Positions 25,120-39,444 are shown, counted from the first letter of the whole stretch. The stretch is 63,450 nucleotides of DNA, filler included, from Octopus bimaculoides (GCF_001194135.2; 7 parts of 6 records of this genome joined end to end with filler, not necessarily neighbours in it), one strand, 5' to 3'. The notes: a model not told the origin generated them from the letters alone. Numbers and translations: made by a program.

Positions 25120-26290
25120 CCTCTTGTCTAACACATTGGCCAAGATCTTATAATCTGAATTCAGCAGAGTTATAGGCCTAAAACTATCAATTTTGAACCC
25201 CTTGTACACATCCTTCCTCAACAGCACCACCACTCCACGGATCACAACACTGGGAATTCTCTCGTTCTGCTGTCAGATGTGGTAGACGTCTGCCAAGAGA
25301 CCACCGATCAAGTCTGGCATAAGACAATAAAGCTTGAAGGGCAGACCATCCCGCCTGGAGACTTCTTTCTTGCGCAGTTCATCATTGCGTCTGGTATACT
25401 TCAGCTGTTGTCGACTTTTCGCAGAACTCCGCATCCCTGGCTGAGAGGCGAGGCATGCCACTAAGATAGGGGGTGAAACTCACAACCGTCCCAGGACCAA
25501 CGCACGCCCCATATAGTTCGGTGGAGTGCCGCTGACATTCGGCACACATCTGCTTGGACTCGGTTGTCACAGTTCTCCAAAGACCGAATTGTTGCTTTGT
25601 TTCCACGTAACGCCTCTGCCACCCGTGCCCATCGAATAGCCTTATACCCATCCATCTCAGTTCATGTGCCTTAGCTCTGACAACGCAACCTTGATGCTTC
25701 TCATTGAAGAATTGATCAAGAGCCAATCTCACCGCTAGCACCTCGGTCACTATGCCTTTCCTAAGCACGATGCGGGAATAGGTCTCTCTCTATCCTAGGT
25801 TTCTCTAAAGATATTTCCTTACTAAAACCTACCGCTTCAACTTTAATGGCCCTTTTCAGGGCTACCCACCATCGGTTGTTGCCGATTGCGCCCGCCAACT
25901 TCCGATGGACTAACTTGCTCACCCTGTCTCTGAGCGCTTAGTGCGCCGCTACGATGCCTTCAGCTTCCAGTATCCGGGACCCTGTCTATGGATTCTATCT
26001 ATGTTGACCGTGTAGATCACAGATTTATGGCCTGCGTAGCTGAATACTTTGAAACGTGTACAACTGATACTACTTCTCTCTACAGGTCTAAAAAAATACT
26101 CTATCTAGATGCGGTTTGCCCATGTTCACATTGGCACATTCGAGAAATCCAGTTGGTACTTGTCAGCCAACTGGAAACGACTGAGCGGGATTGTGAGAGT
26201 TTTACTCCTGCCTCCTTATCTAGGTGTGTGCCCAAGAAGATGGGGTTCCAGCCACCCACGAACAATAAAGACTGACATTCCAAAGAAAAC
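25120..26290 (-). mobile_element. Tx1/L1-clade LINE ORF2 fragment (APE C-terminus to RT N-terminus)
   Basis: LFVGGWN..LDRVF..GPGYWKL, GCVVRAK, PRLSARDAEFCE, KSPGRDGLPFKLY, FRPITLLNSDYKILA. Confidence 0.88.
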
Positions 26291-26314
26291 TTCTAAACGT
26301 CTGAAGAGATCTGG

Positions 26315-27150
<836 letters not shown>

Positions 27151-27151
27151 C

Positions 27152-28297
27152 TGAACTCAACTCAAAAAATCACATCGAAGCCATTAACACTTGGCACTTT
27201 CAGTAGTCTAATACAGTTTTAACATCATTAACTGGAATCTTACAGAGCTCTAACGTCTGGACAAGAAGACAAGAAAACTACTAACATCTAAGAACATGCA
27301 CTACCCAAAAGCAGACATTGATCATTTGTACCTACCTAGAAGTAACGGAGGAAGGGGAATCATGCAGGTAGAACTGTGCTTATAAGACCTCCACAATAGC
27401 AATGAACAACTACTTATCTAGTACAGAGGACTGGATGCTGTGGCTTGTGTGCAAACACGAAAGCAGCAAATAATCACATTCTATTGTCAAGGAAGCTTGC
27501 ACATTCGAAAGGGAACTCGGCATTAACCCTGAATTAGATGAAGAACCTGAAACCACTGCCACGAAAAAAGCAAAACGGATCAAACAGACTGCAAAAAAGA
27601 ATGGGCAGAAACAAATTGAGGAGCGGTGGCGCCAGAAGCCTCTGCATGAACAGTGTATGCTTCGAAGCCGAAATGCTGATGTAGATCGAGCAACAACCCA
27701 TCAGTGGCTGAGAAGCTCAGGACTGAAAGCAGAGACTGAAGGTTTCATATTGGCGGCACAAGATCAAAGCTTGCTTACCAAAAACTACCAGGTTAACGTT
27801 CTTCAAAACGGTTCTGACAACAAACGAATACAAAAGTCGCTAAAATATGGTAGGACAGTATTTACGTTGGAAAATATGTAAACACAACAAAATGAACACT
27901 CCCGCTTACTGGTATGAATAGCTTCCTGAGCCAGTCGTTGGTGGTGAAAATGTCACCATCCTCTGGGTTTTCTTGTCAACACCGACAGAACGATTCAGGC
28001 TAGTGGACCAGTCATTAAAGACAAGGAAGAAAATACTTGTATACTAAGTGTTCCCGTTGCTAAAAATATATCTGTCAAGGAATTTCACAAACTAAGTAAA
28101 TGTAAAGACCTGGAAATTGAAATACGAAAAATGTGGCACCTTAAAGCGAGAACTGTTTCTGCTATAGTGGGTGCCCTAAGTATGATAATAAAGGGATATC
28201 AGAAATATCTACATAATATTCCAGGAGAACCATGTCTCAGAGAAATCCAAAAGATTGTGCTGGCAAGTACTGCCTACATCCTTAGAAAAACCGTATC

Positions 28298-28360
<63 letters not shown>
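27152..28360 (+). mobile_element. R4/Dong-clade non-LTR element, 5'-truncated, flanked by (AAT)n
   Basis: ELNSKNHIEAINT, HYPKADIDHLYLPRSNGGRG, WLRSSGLKAETEGFILAAQDQSL, KDLEIEIRKMW..IVGAL..EIQKIVL, then an (AAT)n tail. Confidence 0.9.
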
Positions 28361-28361
<1 letters not shown>

Positions 28362-28362
<1 letters not shown>

Positions 28363-28572
28363 GAGCACTTAGAGAGCGCAAATTCCGCCAAGGCAATACC
28401 AACGTCCCCTCAACGATTAGCCGGAAATGATTTTTAAAATGAGAATATCTGAAATAAACTCGACTGCTCTCACAAACGAAAATACTAAAAATGAACCCGA
28501 CCGCTCTCAAAAATTAAGTAAAAACACCGGAAAAACAATCCAGAATCCTTGTCCGGTACCTGATCGATCCCA
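28362..28572 (+). mobile_element. Non-autonomous element, possibly Helitron/Helentron-like; second partial copy at 29150-29250
   Basis: AGAGCAC..AGAGAGCGCAAA..CCGCCAAGGC start. AATCCAGAA.CCTTGTCCGGTAC..GATC.ATCCCAA is shared between the two copies. Class assignment is from recall only. Confidence 0.45.
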
Positions 28573-28790
28573 ATGGTAGCCATGGAATGTGAAGGTGGGT
28601 GTGCGTACCGTGTTTGTAATGCTGCGTGTGTGCCATCTGCAGTGGGAACAGGGACAGTTTTCTCTATGAAGGCCTTTTTTAGTCTATCCACTGATATAGT
28701 TTCTTTAAGACCATTAAAGTCTATAATAAAAAATTTATCCGTGCGTGAAAGAAATATCGTTGCGAACAAAAACTTGAGTCCAAGAGGTAA
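28573..28790 (-). mobile_element. Gypsy LTR-retrotransposon integrase C-terminal fragment
   Basis: SRTDKFFIIDFNGLKETISVDRLKKAF matches the region downstream of the GPY/F motif in Gypsy integrases. Confidence 0.75.
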
Positions 28791-29248
28791 AGCAATTGTC
28801 AAGTAGGTAAGGTTTTAAACAGGAGTGATATATTCAAAATTGGTAAAACTAAAAATTGTCGAAGATAAATTAAATTTATTATTGTTACTGCACATGTTAG
28901 TGTTATTTCATTTATGAAAGGGTTTTGCTGCCGTTTGTTTATGTAGTTTGATTTCTTTATCTATCAGTTTCTACTAAGATAGAGACGCGAGTATAATTAA
29001 TAATACAGAAAAGAGAATAAAAGTTTGGAAACGGCAACGCCGCCATAGCTTACGTGGAAACCATGAGTGTGCTTTCAAGGGAGATAACCAGAGAAACACT
29101 TGAAAGTCAACGTAAGATCGTAATACTTCATGTACAATAAATTAAATATAACAAATAATCCAGAACCCTTGTCCGGTACTAGATCAATCCCAAAATCTAA
29201 TCCGTTCGTGCCAGGCACGAGGCCCAACATCCCTGAAAGTTTCATCCA

Positions 29249-29317
<69 letters not shown>

Positions 29318-30279
29318 TGTACAGTTCGCCATGATTTAAATAGAGATGAGGTGATAAAAAACTAGTAACACTGCTGCAGAGAGTCCATGGATTTATTGGT
29401 TAAACTGGTACGTAATTAGGATTAAAAATATTAGCCATAGTAATATTGAAAAGAGGGAAATTATAAGAGAACACAAATATTATGCTAGATAAAGAAACAA
29501 TGATAGGAGAATTCAATGAAACATAGCGTTAAGTATCAATGAACTAGACAGCATATACAATTGAAAGAAAAAGACAAAAATTATAATCGCATTATTTTAA
29601 TTCTGAAAGAACATCTCAATGCGTAAAGTATGATAATGAGCATCAGTATTGTGGTTGTCCATGTAATGAGCTGTGTTGTTTTCAACTGAACACTAAATGA
29701 ATTAGCGAGATTTAGAAAAGAATAAGATAATATATTGTAAATGAACACACCATCCAAATTTGGCACACAAGAATTATATTTACCATGAGTACAGAAAGTA
29801 TTTACATATAAATGTAAAGTGTTAGGCTGAAAAACCCTTTCACTTATTCTATCCAAAAGAGATTTTCAACCTAATACTTACATACTACAACCTTATATGT
29901 GCTTCGAGATCCGGTTCCATTATAGAATTTCTTTTTTGTAATGCAAAAGCCGCCGTTTATAATATAAATTTGCTGTATCTCACGTTCGACGTACGATATA
30001 ACGGGATAATAAATAACGTCTTCGCAAATCGTTCCACTAAAGATACACAAAACTTGTAATTACACTCAACAATACGCAACTCTCGGCTTTACACAGCTCG
30101 CCGACTGTTCCTTTATTGGCCACTGTGGGTCCAACACAGAGGGTACAGTACAAGGACAGACAACACAAAGTGGGGACAAAAAACATAAACGAATGAATGA
30201 AATGAATTATATAATTAATGAAGGTGGAATGGCTACTCGAGCCCCGTTCTCGAGTAGTACCACTTAACTATTTTTTCCA

Positions 30280-31440
30280 TCAATGTTTATCGATTTTAAA
30301 TCAAATTAAAATTTACCTTATTAGATCATATATTGTCTCAAGTTCACATATTCCATCACGGGAGGTAGAGAGTCAAATCTCACCTCTGGTCCAGGTGGGT
30401 CTATGTCATTTCCAAAATTTCCTTTTAGTCTTGTGTATCTGTCCATATCTATTAGTATGCATTTTATGTTTGTTGGGTAGCACCCTACAGGCATTTCAAC
30501 TCTTATTGCTGATTAGAGTTTTGAAATTTTTCTCTCGATGGCCATGATTGTCACATGATTGTCACATGATTGTCACATGATTGTCACATAGGTCAATAAA
30601 TATGCCCTACTTTTGTGACTGGCCTGTAAGGCTTGTGTATCTGCTTGTGTGTGTTTATGTGTTTCTGTTAGTGTATCCTTATCTGGCGATTCTGGGTAGT
30701 TTGGGATGTTTGTGGTTTTCTTGGTTGTTTGCGACGGTGTGGTAGACTCTGCGAGTGTTTTTCTATATTTTTTCTCTGTTGGGTGCTTGTGTGTTACCTG
30801 TTTCTTTCATCTTCTTCTTGTTAGCGTTCTTAGGGAGGGGAGAATTTTTTGGTTCCTTTCTCTTTCTGCTTTTTACCTCGTGAAATTCATCGTCTGTACT
30901 TTCCATTTTTGTTTCTTCCACAGTTTCCACTGTCCCCTGTCTTTGTTGCTGTTCTCTTCTTGCTTCTCCTCCGCTGGTGTCTAGTTGTTTAAAAACGGAA
31001 AAACGGGCAGATCACCTTTATTTTCCTCCTTTTTCTGCAGTGGTAGCAGGTGGAAGTTCTCCCCTCCACCACCACTCGCAGTTTCACTTCTTCTGACAGC
31101 TCGATTTCTTCCTCAACTGTAAGTCCTGTGAGATTGCCCGGATTACAACTTCCAGGCCATATCTCCATCAGTTCAGTTGCTTTGTCCAACTCACTTGCAG
31201 TATATTCGGGTCATCTTTTGTCCCTGTCAAATTTGCTGCAAGCAGCCACATCTCTGCGATCTCAGGGGTCACCCTGCCAATCCTTACTCTTGCTACTCCT
31301 TTACCAAGATAGGTTGGCAGGACTGCCCGTTCCTCCGTTCTCAATGTTGTAGTGGAGTGCTTTACTACCTGCTCTACTGCAGATTTACGCCTGTCTGTAT
31401 GCGCTGGTTACTACTGTAAAACAGTACATGAATGATATTC
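30280..31440 (-). mobile_element. Probable Tx1-like LINE ORF1 (gag-like) relic
   Basis: VVVEGRTSTCYHCRKRRKIKVICP is a degenerate CCHC knuckle. It is followed by a basic low-complexity region and a further ~60 open codons (MPVGCYPTNIK..). Confidence 0.55.
30544..30589. repeat. 11-bp tandem repeat ATGATTGTCAC x4
   Basis: Perfect units. Confidence 0.95.
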
Positions 31441-31469
31441 AAAAAGTAAACAAAACCGAGATAACATCA

Positions 31470-33150
31470 TGGGTTTTGAAGACAGAGAAAAAGATAAGTC
31501 TTTTATGGAAGACCATCAGTCATATAATGATGCTTATTGCATGCAAACAAACAAATCACTATACGATTCCAGAAGGAGATAGAAATGATGGTTGGAGACA
31601 GTAAAAAGGGGACACTCACCTGCAAACTGATTACCCTAAAGCAGGAGCTAACAACTGTCAGTGAAAATCTCCGACAGCAGATGAGAATAAGCGAGAGAAG
31701 AACAATAAACAAAAAATTTAACCGCAACCAGGCAGCAGTATACAGAAACATGAGAGGAGGAGCAATAAATATCACGGAAGCTCTTTCACGAGAAGACATA
31801 GACTCCTTCTTGAGGAAAATCTGGAGTGAAGAAAAGGAATCTAACCATTTTGCTCTGTAGCTGGAAGAAATCCGAAAAAAGTTGTTGCTCCTGCGTTACA
31901 TCCAAGACATACAACATTGATGGTGAAACTCTTGCAACTGCGATCCAGAAACTCCAGGATGGAGAAGCACCTGGACGAGACTTGATTGTTGGATATTGGT
32001 ACAAGAGGCTAACATTCTACCGACCATATCTTATCAATCTGTACCAGGAAGCTTTCATTGGGAACAGTAGCATACCACACTGGCAGAGACAAAATTGATC
32101 CCCAAATGCAGAACCACCCACACGGCAAAAAAACTACCGGTCAATTGCATGCCAGAACATAATGTATAAGATATATACAGCATGTTTAAGCCTGTTGCTC
32201 TAAGACCATTGTGAAATCAATAACATTATCACAGCAGAACAAGCAGTTGGGAAGAAGGGAGTCTGGGGATGTGCTGAGCAATTGTTAATCAGCGAAACTG
32301 TGATTTGAGAAGTGCGAAAGCGTAGGAGGAACCTAGTTTCAATGTGGCCAGATTCCATGAAAGCCTTTGACTCTACTCCACACTCATGGATGCTAGAAGC
32401 CCTTTAACTTGCTAAAGTTCCAGTGAGAATAGTCAAAGCCATAGCTGACCTGACTTCATCGTGGGCCACCATCTTGAAATTAAATGCAAAGAGTGACTGT
32501 ATTATCAGCGATGGAATACAATATCGCAAAAGAGGAATGGTACAGGTATTTAGGGGTGGATGAAAATATATCTTACAGTGGCACCTGTAACAAAATACGT
32601 ATCACTAAAGAATATTACAGCCGAATAAAGAAAGTATGGACCTCAGAAATCTCTGCATTCCATAAAACAGTGGCTCACAATGAGTTTGTAGTGCCAGTAC
32701 TCATACCAATATTTGGGCTGCTTGATTGGACGCTTGATGAGATCCGAGCCACTGATGCGAAAACCCGAAAAATACTAACAAGCACACATAATACATAATT
32801 TCTACATAAACAGTGAACAAGGCGGCAGAGGCTTAACATCGATCCAAAAGGCATTTGAAAGTCGCATCATATCCCTTCGGCAACATCTGTTAACCACAAA
32901 GCGTCGAAGTGCATCCCGTGACCAAGTTTGTATGCATGAAGCTGATAACATCATAAGACATGGAAGGCAGCTCCATGAGCAACACTCTTTGTCTGATAAC
33001 CTAGAATACATACACAAAGAAGTCACATGACTCTACCACAACATATCATCTGATGAAGGGATGAGCCTACATGAGGAGAAGACTATGCATGGATATGTTA
33101 ATAGAAAGCTCCATGATGATAGTAATATCGATCATCAAAGCAGTTTATCA
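31470..33150 (+). mobile_element. R4/Dong-clade element, RT region with internal deletion
   Basis: EAPGRDLIVGYWYK, NYRSIACQNIMYK, GCAEQLLI, KAFDSTPHSW, YRYLGVDE, DWTLDEIR..KTRKILT, GGRGLTSI. The QGD and YxDD block is missing. Confidence 0.9.
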
Positions 33151-33151
33151 T

Positions 33152-33657
33152 TGTGCAGCTCCTGGCGAACAGTTTTTATGGAAACTATGTTCGCGAGGTG
33201 GTCATTAAGCTCTGCAGTAATTTTGGAAGCTGTACTTTTGTGATCCTTTCTAACAATTCGCGTAAGAGTCTGTCGGTCCCTATCTGTTTTGGTTTTCCTC
33301 CGGAGTTTTGTTTCGACGATGAGGTTTTTTCCCCCTTTCTCAAAGTCTGTCATTACTTTTGAGACAGTACTTCTTGATACACCAAACACTTCGGCTGTTT
33401 CCGTTACGCTAGCGCCTGCCATACGCGCACCAACAATTTGATCTCTTTGAAAGTCCGACAGGTCCGTCCTTTTAATGAATTTTAGTTACTTTCTTCTGAT
33501 GATATCTGAACAGAAACAACAATTTTAGAAAAAAGATATTAAGCAACACTAATAATAAATGAAAAGCATAAAAATAAACAAGCTTTTGACGGTTTTATAG
33601 ATATTTCAAAATTGATGCTATTAGGCTAGGTGTTTCCATTATTTTGTACAACTCCTG
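33152..33657 (-). mobile_element. Tc1-like 5' half (third copy of the 4139-5268 family), nested in the R4 element
   Basis: TIR reverse complement CAGGAGTTGTACAAAATAATGGAAACACC; MAGASVTETAEVFGVSRSTVSKVM..TVRQELH. Confidence 0.92.
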
Positions 33658-33689
<32 letters not shown>

Positions 33690-33865
33690 TGTATGTATGT
33701 ATGTATAAATGTATGTATGTATGTTTGTATGTATGTATGTATGTATGTATGTATAAATGTATGTATGTATGTTTGTATGTATGTATGTATGTATGTATGT
33801 ATGTATGTTTGTATGTATGTATGTATGTATGTATGTATGTATGTATGTATGCATATATGTATGTA
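33658..33865. repeat. (GTAT)n microsatellite
   Basis: Direct inspection. Confidence 0.95.
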
Positions 33866-33899
33866 TCATTGAGCTCACTCTTAACGATACTTGAAATGC

Positions 33900-34110
33900 A
33901 CACATTCAGGTTAAACGACCGGGTATCGACGTGAAGAATTCTGTTGAAAAGACATATCTTCTGATGGATGTTGCAGCGCGAGCTGATAAGGAACAACGCT
34001 GCCTATTGTTGTTGAAGCACTTGGAATAATAAAGAGAAAACAAATATGTTGACCAAATTCCTGGCAGCCCCAAAACAAGTGAATTGTAAAAAATCATGCA
34101 CACTACTCAA
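33900..34110 (+). mobile_element. R4/Dong restriction-like endonuclease C-terminal fragment
   Basis: KRPGIDVK..TYLLMDVA, LPIVVEALGII, DQIPGSP..EL*KI. Possibly the continuation of 31470-33150. Confidence 0.7.
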
Positions 34111-34489
34111 CAGGTAAAGCTGATTTAACGTTGAGGAGAATCTAAAAAAAAAATATATATAAACTTAATAGAAGTGGTTATAACACTGGAGTTAGATCAG
34201 TGAAGCTAGATCAATGTTAACACGTACAAAAGTTACACACGAACAAGCAACTTCACGAAAGGATTGGTAAGTGGAATATGGCCTGGCAAGGATTTCTACC
34301 CACAATAACAAACTATCTCGAATATAAACATACCGAATGATGTAATACGATCTGTAGAACTGGTAGTATCGAAGGAAACCAGGAAAACTCATAATAGAAC
34401 CATACAAAATTTAGAAATGAAAAGGAAAGAGGATATGAACAACAATGAAAAAGAAAAAGAAAAAGAACGAGGAAAATGTAAGGTTTTAG

Positions 34490-34700
34490 TGAAATGAAGA
34501 AGGGAAGACTTTACTTAAAGCGATGAAAAGAAAGACTTTATTTAATGCAATGAAAAAGTAAAGACATTAGTTAATGCAATAGAAAAAAGGAAAACTTTAC
34601 TCAGTGTAACGATAAAGGAAAAGACTTTACTTAGTGCAATGAAAAAGGGGAAGACTACTTAATGCGATGTAAAACGAAAGACTTTACTTAGTGGAATGAA
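34490..34700. repeat. Degenerate ~29-bp minisatellite, ~7 units
   Basis: Consensus is approximately AAAGACTTTACTTAGTGCAATGAAAAAGG. Confidence 0.85.
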
Positions 34701-34710
34701 AAAGGAGAAA

Positions 34711-34799
<89 letters not shown>

Positions 34800-35539
34800 C
34801 AATATACTAATAATAAGAGAAGAAATTCTGTAAGTAAGAGAATGGTTTAAGCAAATCATATTAAACAAAGAAATGTTAGATAAGACGTTTCGTAAAGCGT
34901 GGGTGCGTCTTCAAGTAAACAAGGTATTTGAATCAAATACACCGCCACCGCACTGAAAATGTTATAAGTGACATTAAAAAAATAATAAATGAACAAAAAT
35001 AAAATAATTATAACAGTGGATGACACAGCAACATCAACAAGAGTTTAAGTAACCTGTTGTATGTGGAGGGAGGGGGTAGGGGGTCGGTGGAACAAAAGCT
35101 TTCAGCATAATCAAAAGTGTACAATGGATCAAAAAAGGGAGAAATGATAGAGAAAAAGGAGCCCAGCATTGTAGGCATGGTTCGAAGAATTCAGCAACGC
35201 ATTAAAAGTAGCATGAATCTGAGAATCTAGAAAGGTACCGTAGTTGACAAAATCTTCAGTTTTGGGTTGATATACCTAACCAGTATCAATGATTCTTGTG
35301 GCTTGAGCATCCAAAGAATTAGTAAACAGACCAAAATCAATGCCCTAAACATTATTAGTTAGAAAACAATATCGATTCCTTCCTGCCAAAAAAAACAACA
35401 AAAAAGACACCGAAAACAAATAAAACAAAAGCAAAGCAATAAAACAATTAGCCCTTACCTTTCTAATCTTATCTCGCATAACCTTCTAATGAGACCCCTA
35501 ATATTCTACAACGGATTGGTCGCAGAACAGCAGAAAAAG

Positions 35540-35680
35540 TTGCAGAACAGCAGAAAAAGTACCAGAAATCGACGTTTGGTTGTAAACACCAGCTATTGGT
35601 GAATCAGGCAATTATGGAAGACAAAGAGAAGACCCTATCCGTTCGCAAATACTCAGAATAGCATGGATTGATAACTGAAA
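35540..35680 (+). mobile_element. Small R4-type RT fragment
   Basis: GCKHQLLVNQAIME..LRIAWID. Confidence 0.55.
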
Positions 35681-35899
35681 AGAATTTGATTGCAAACACA
35701 CAAAACACGGACCTTGGAGAATACTATGTAGACATGCGTATAAGACACACCTTTTTAAACTTTTTAAATGTACCTAAAAATTGCCCTGCATCTAAAGCTG
35801 TCATATTACAGGTGAGAGACCCAGTACCATAGACTAGCAGAGCCCGATGAGCATATCTCATCCAGGCACAATAACTGTTATTAATAATGCTTTAACCTA

Positions 35900-36115
35900 A
35901 GGCGGCTAGCTGACAGAATCGTTGGCACACCGGACAAAAAGGCTTAGAGGCATTTCGTTTGTCTTCACGTTCTGAGTACAAATTGCATCGAGGACAACTT
36001 TCTTTTACATCCATTCGTGGTCGACAAAATAGTTGCAAGTTAAGCACTGGGGAGGATATAATGGACTTACTCCCTCCCCCGAATTTGCTGGCCTTGTACC
36101 AAAATTTGACACCAA
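35900..36115 (+). mobile_element. Family D SINE
   Basis: Collinear with 20290-20499. Confidence 0.8.
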
Positions 36116-36519
36116 TGATCCTTTCTATTATTGGTGCAACGTCTGAAATTTTGAAAAAAGGCGCTAGCCGATTACATCGACCCTAGAGCTAAACTGGAAC
36201 TTATTTTAACCACGCCAAAGGGTTCTTGGCATCTAAGGTTACTCGTAGCCCGATGTTAGGATGTTTTCTTTTCCAACAGTCTAATCTGTTGTCTGTATAT
36301 CTTTCCTATATGGAGTATGTATATAAAAAGAAATAGCTTCCTTCAGATACACCGCCACAGCAACAAATGCCTGAAAACGTAAAGAGATGGACTGCATCCA
36401 CCCATATCTATGCAGGTCCTTTCTATGTATGCACATTGCTGTTTCGTCTCGGTCTCTCGCTTATACATCAATAATAATTATAACTACCAAAGAAACATCA
36501 ACACATATCTATGGGCGGT

Positions 36520-37960
36520 GTTCTGTCGTAAACGCTGTAAAGACTAACCCATAAAAAAATCAACCAAAAAAAGAAAGAGCGATGGGCAGTTAACGATGAA
36601 TACTACGAAATGGTTGATTTATGATTTACACACACTACTGTGCAACACTCTTCTAAAAACATACAGGTGTAAACTCAGACAGGAAATACCCAACAAAATG
36701 AACAAAGCCCAAAACATGTACATGTGCCATAGAAGTCCAATACCCAACAGAACACAACCTGTGCTGTACAAACAACACACAATATAAAAACTAATACAAC
36801 AGAAGGCCCCAAACCAAATCCCATAATAAAATATACTGATGCAATACAGTATTCCCCAGGGAAAAATGAAGCACACACACCTCACCAGCACAAAAGTGCA
36901 GCAAGTGATGCAAGAGAAAGCTACTTGAAACTATCAAATGTCGAAAAATAATAGCGGTGATGACGATGGTGACGAACATCTCCTGAACTCAGCTTTTGAG
37001 AGACAGGAGTTTGCGTAAAATGTCTGGTTGTGACAGTTAGAGAAAGTGAGGGAAGAAGGAGTGAGTGAAAAACAATCAGATCTGTGACTAACTAATGCAT
37101 TAAAGAGTAAAGTGTTAGGAAAAATGTCGAGCAGGAAGGGCCTATGACCAACTTTAGTTCAAGGGTATTGGCTAAAGAAATATAATAGTTTACATGGGAG
37201 ACTGAGGGAACAGCTTTAGAATTGCCTTAAAGGAGCAATAATACCAGATTGGATGACTAGAGGGAGGACAATACTCCTTACGAGTGATAAGAGCAAGGGT
37301 AATACAGCTAGCGATTATAGGCCTATCTCTTGCTTACCATTAGTGTGGAAGCTGTTAAAAGATTGCTTTCAGAAAAGCATTTACAAGCACCTTGGCAACC
37401 AGAATTTACTGCCAGAAGAACAGAAAGGTTGCAAGAAGAAGGCTAGAGGAATGCATGATATATCATACATAGACAAAGTAGTTCTAAGTGAAGTAAAATC
37501 TAGAAAGACAAAATCTAACAATAGCATGGATAGATTATAAGAAAGCCTATGCCATGATCCCACACTCATGGATAAGTGAATATTTGGATATATTCAGTAT
37601 AGCAGACAACCTAAGAGAATTAATTAACTTTAGCATGAAGAAATGGAAAGTTGATCTTTACTCAGGTGACATTTTCCAGGGGGACTCGTTGTCCCGTTTA
37701 ATATTTGTTTTATGTCTGATACCCCCCAGTTTAGTATTAAGGAAGGCAAAGGCAGGGTATCAGCTCAGAAATAGTAAGGGAAAAATTAACCAATATGCTC
37801 TACATGGATATATCTGAAGCTTTTAGTAAGAATGAAAAAGAGATGACTCTTTAATACAGATTGTAAGACTCTTCAGCAAAGATATAGACATGGAATTTGG
37901 CATAGATAAATGTAAAATATTAGTCATGAGAAGGGGACAGGTAGTCTACGGGGAAGTCAT
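36520..37960 (+). mobile_element. R4/Dong-clade element: shared 5' module + RT
   Basis: PDWMTRGRTILL..DYRPISCLPLVWKLL..EEQKGC..AWIDYKKAY..PHSW..FQGDSLS..LYMDI..MEFGIDKC. Confidence 0.88.
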
Positions 37961-37964
37961 CCAA

Positions 37965-38135
37965 TTGCCAGCAATTTGGGGGAGAGGGTACATCGACCCC
38001 AGTGTTCAACTAATACTTATTTTATCGGTAAAGTCAACCTCGGCGGAATTTGAACTCAGAATATGAAGACAGACAAAATACCGCTAACCATTCCACCCGG
38101 CGTGCTCACGATTCTGCCAGATCACTGCCTTTAAT
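37965..38135 (-). mobile_element. Family D SINE
   Basis: Reverse complement of the 20290-type body. Confidence 0.8.
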
Positions 38136-38605
38136 AATAAAAACAAAATACTTAATGGCATGGGGGTGGGGGGGGGTGGGTGAATAAAGATATAAGGATA
38201 GACAGATAGAGAGAAAGATAGATAGAGAGAAAGAGAAAGGGTGAGATCGCTAGTTCAGTAGAGTTTCATAAAAATATCCATTAATATCAACGATGTAACC
38301 ACGAAGGAAATCAAGAGAAACTGCGAAAACGTTGACAGTAATCCATTATTGCGTTAGTTTTATAGCTGTTTGACATAAGTTATAAGAGAAGTCAGATAAC
38401 AACGAGTTTTTGATGTGCGCTTGTTGACAAAAACTGTGGACTTAAATCTTTGTTTCCTGATGTTTCAGAAAAACAACGATACTGAAAACAAAAACTTCGT
38501 TTAATTTTAAATGTTAATGTTTAAGTATCTTAAAGATGGCGACACTATCGTCCTTTTCGCCAGTCGCTAAAATAAAGTTGTCAGTTTCAATCCTTGTCAT
38601 ATTTC

Positions 38606-38814
38606 AAACGCAGGTATGCATGGTTGTGCGGTTAAGAAGGTCAGTTTACAACTACTCTGGCTTTGAGTTCAGTTCCATTGAACGTCGGCACCTTGAGCAA
38701 GTGTTTCTTGTACAATGCTCGTGAGCTCACCAATGCTCGCGAGCTGACCGATGCTCTGTGAGTGACTTTATTTAGCAGACAGAAAATGTGTGGAATCCGG
38801 TGAGTATATGTATG

Positions 38815-38859
<45 letters not shown>

Positions 38860-39065
38860 ATGTGTGTATACATATACACATATTATATATTATACATTGT
38901 ATATCTGCTTGTATCCGTAACTTAGCGGTTCGGCAAAACACCACGACCTCATAAGTAACAGACTTGAAAAAGAACAAAAGTACTCGGGTAGACACGACTA
39001 AAAGCTTTCAAAACATTGACCCAGCCTGTCAGTAGTTCAACGTCTGTAACAAGTAAATGATAAAA
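38606..39065 (+). mobile_element. Old full-length family A SINE
   Basis: Head, internal TA/TG repeat, CCGTAACTTAGCGGTTCGGCAAAA and a degenerate tail. Confidence 0.7.
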
Positions 39066-39444
39066 ACACTCAACTGAATATATATATATATATATANNNN
39101 NNNNNNNNNNNNNNNNNNNNNNNNNNNNNNNNNNNNNNNNTTAATTAATTAANNNNNNNNNNNNNNNNNNNNNNNNNNNNNNNNNNNNNNNNNNNNATAT
39201 ATATATATATATATACGGCAAAAAGAAAATGGAGGGAGATACAAAAATGACACATATCAACCGGTAGACATTCTATTATGTCTATTTATTCCAAAGCAAA
39301 AGGAAGTATTATAAAAATACATACACATGCAAAGACTGTGCTACGCAAATATATACTAGTAATACATAAAAGTGTAAAAGATTAAAAGATCAGTTCCTTA
39401 CACCCATTTCTGTCAAGATGTCACAGTATCCTTCCGTGTCATGG

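Noticed and set aside
29330-29630. Possible ancient R4 relic after an (AAT)n tract
   Set aside because: Only vague similarity (INELDSI..KTKII); too decayed to support.
30544-30589. Short tandem arrays (also 34490-34700, 39445-39550, 57310-57369) as CRISPR-like
   Set aside because: No unique spacers and no cas genes; the context is eukaryotic.
34880-34920. Hammerhead-like TTGAAGA..CGAAACGTC on the minus strand
   Set aside because: C3 is substituted, helix II is mismatched and no helix I pairing exists. At most a fossil.
38530-38560. AAGATGGCG (YY1/start-codon-like motif) as a gene start
   Set aside because: Isolated 9-mer. The ORF runs into a SINE, with no donor site or CpG island.
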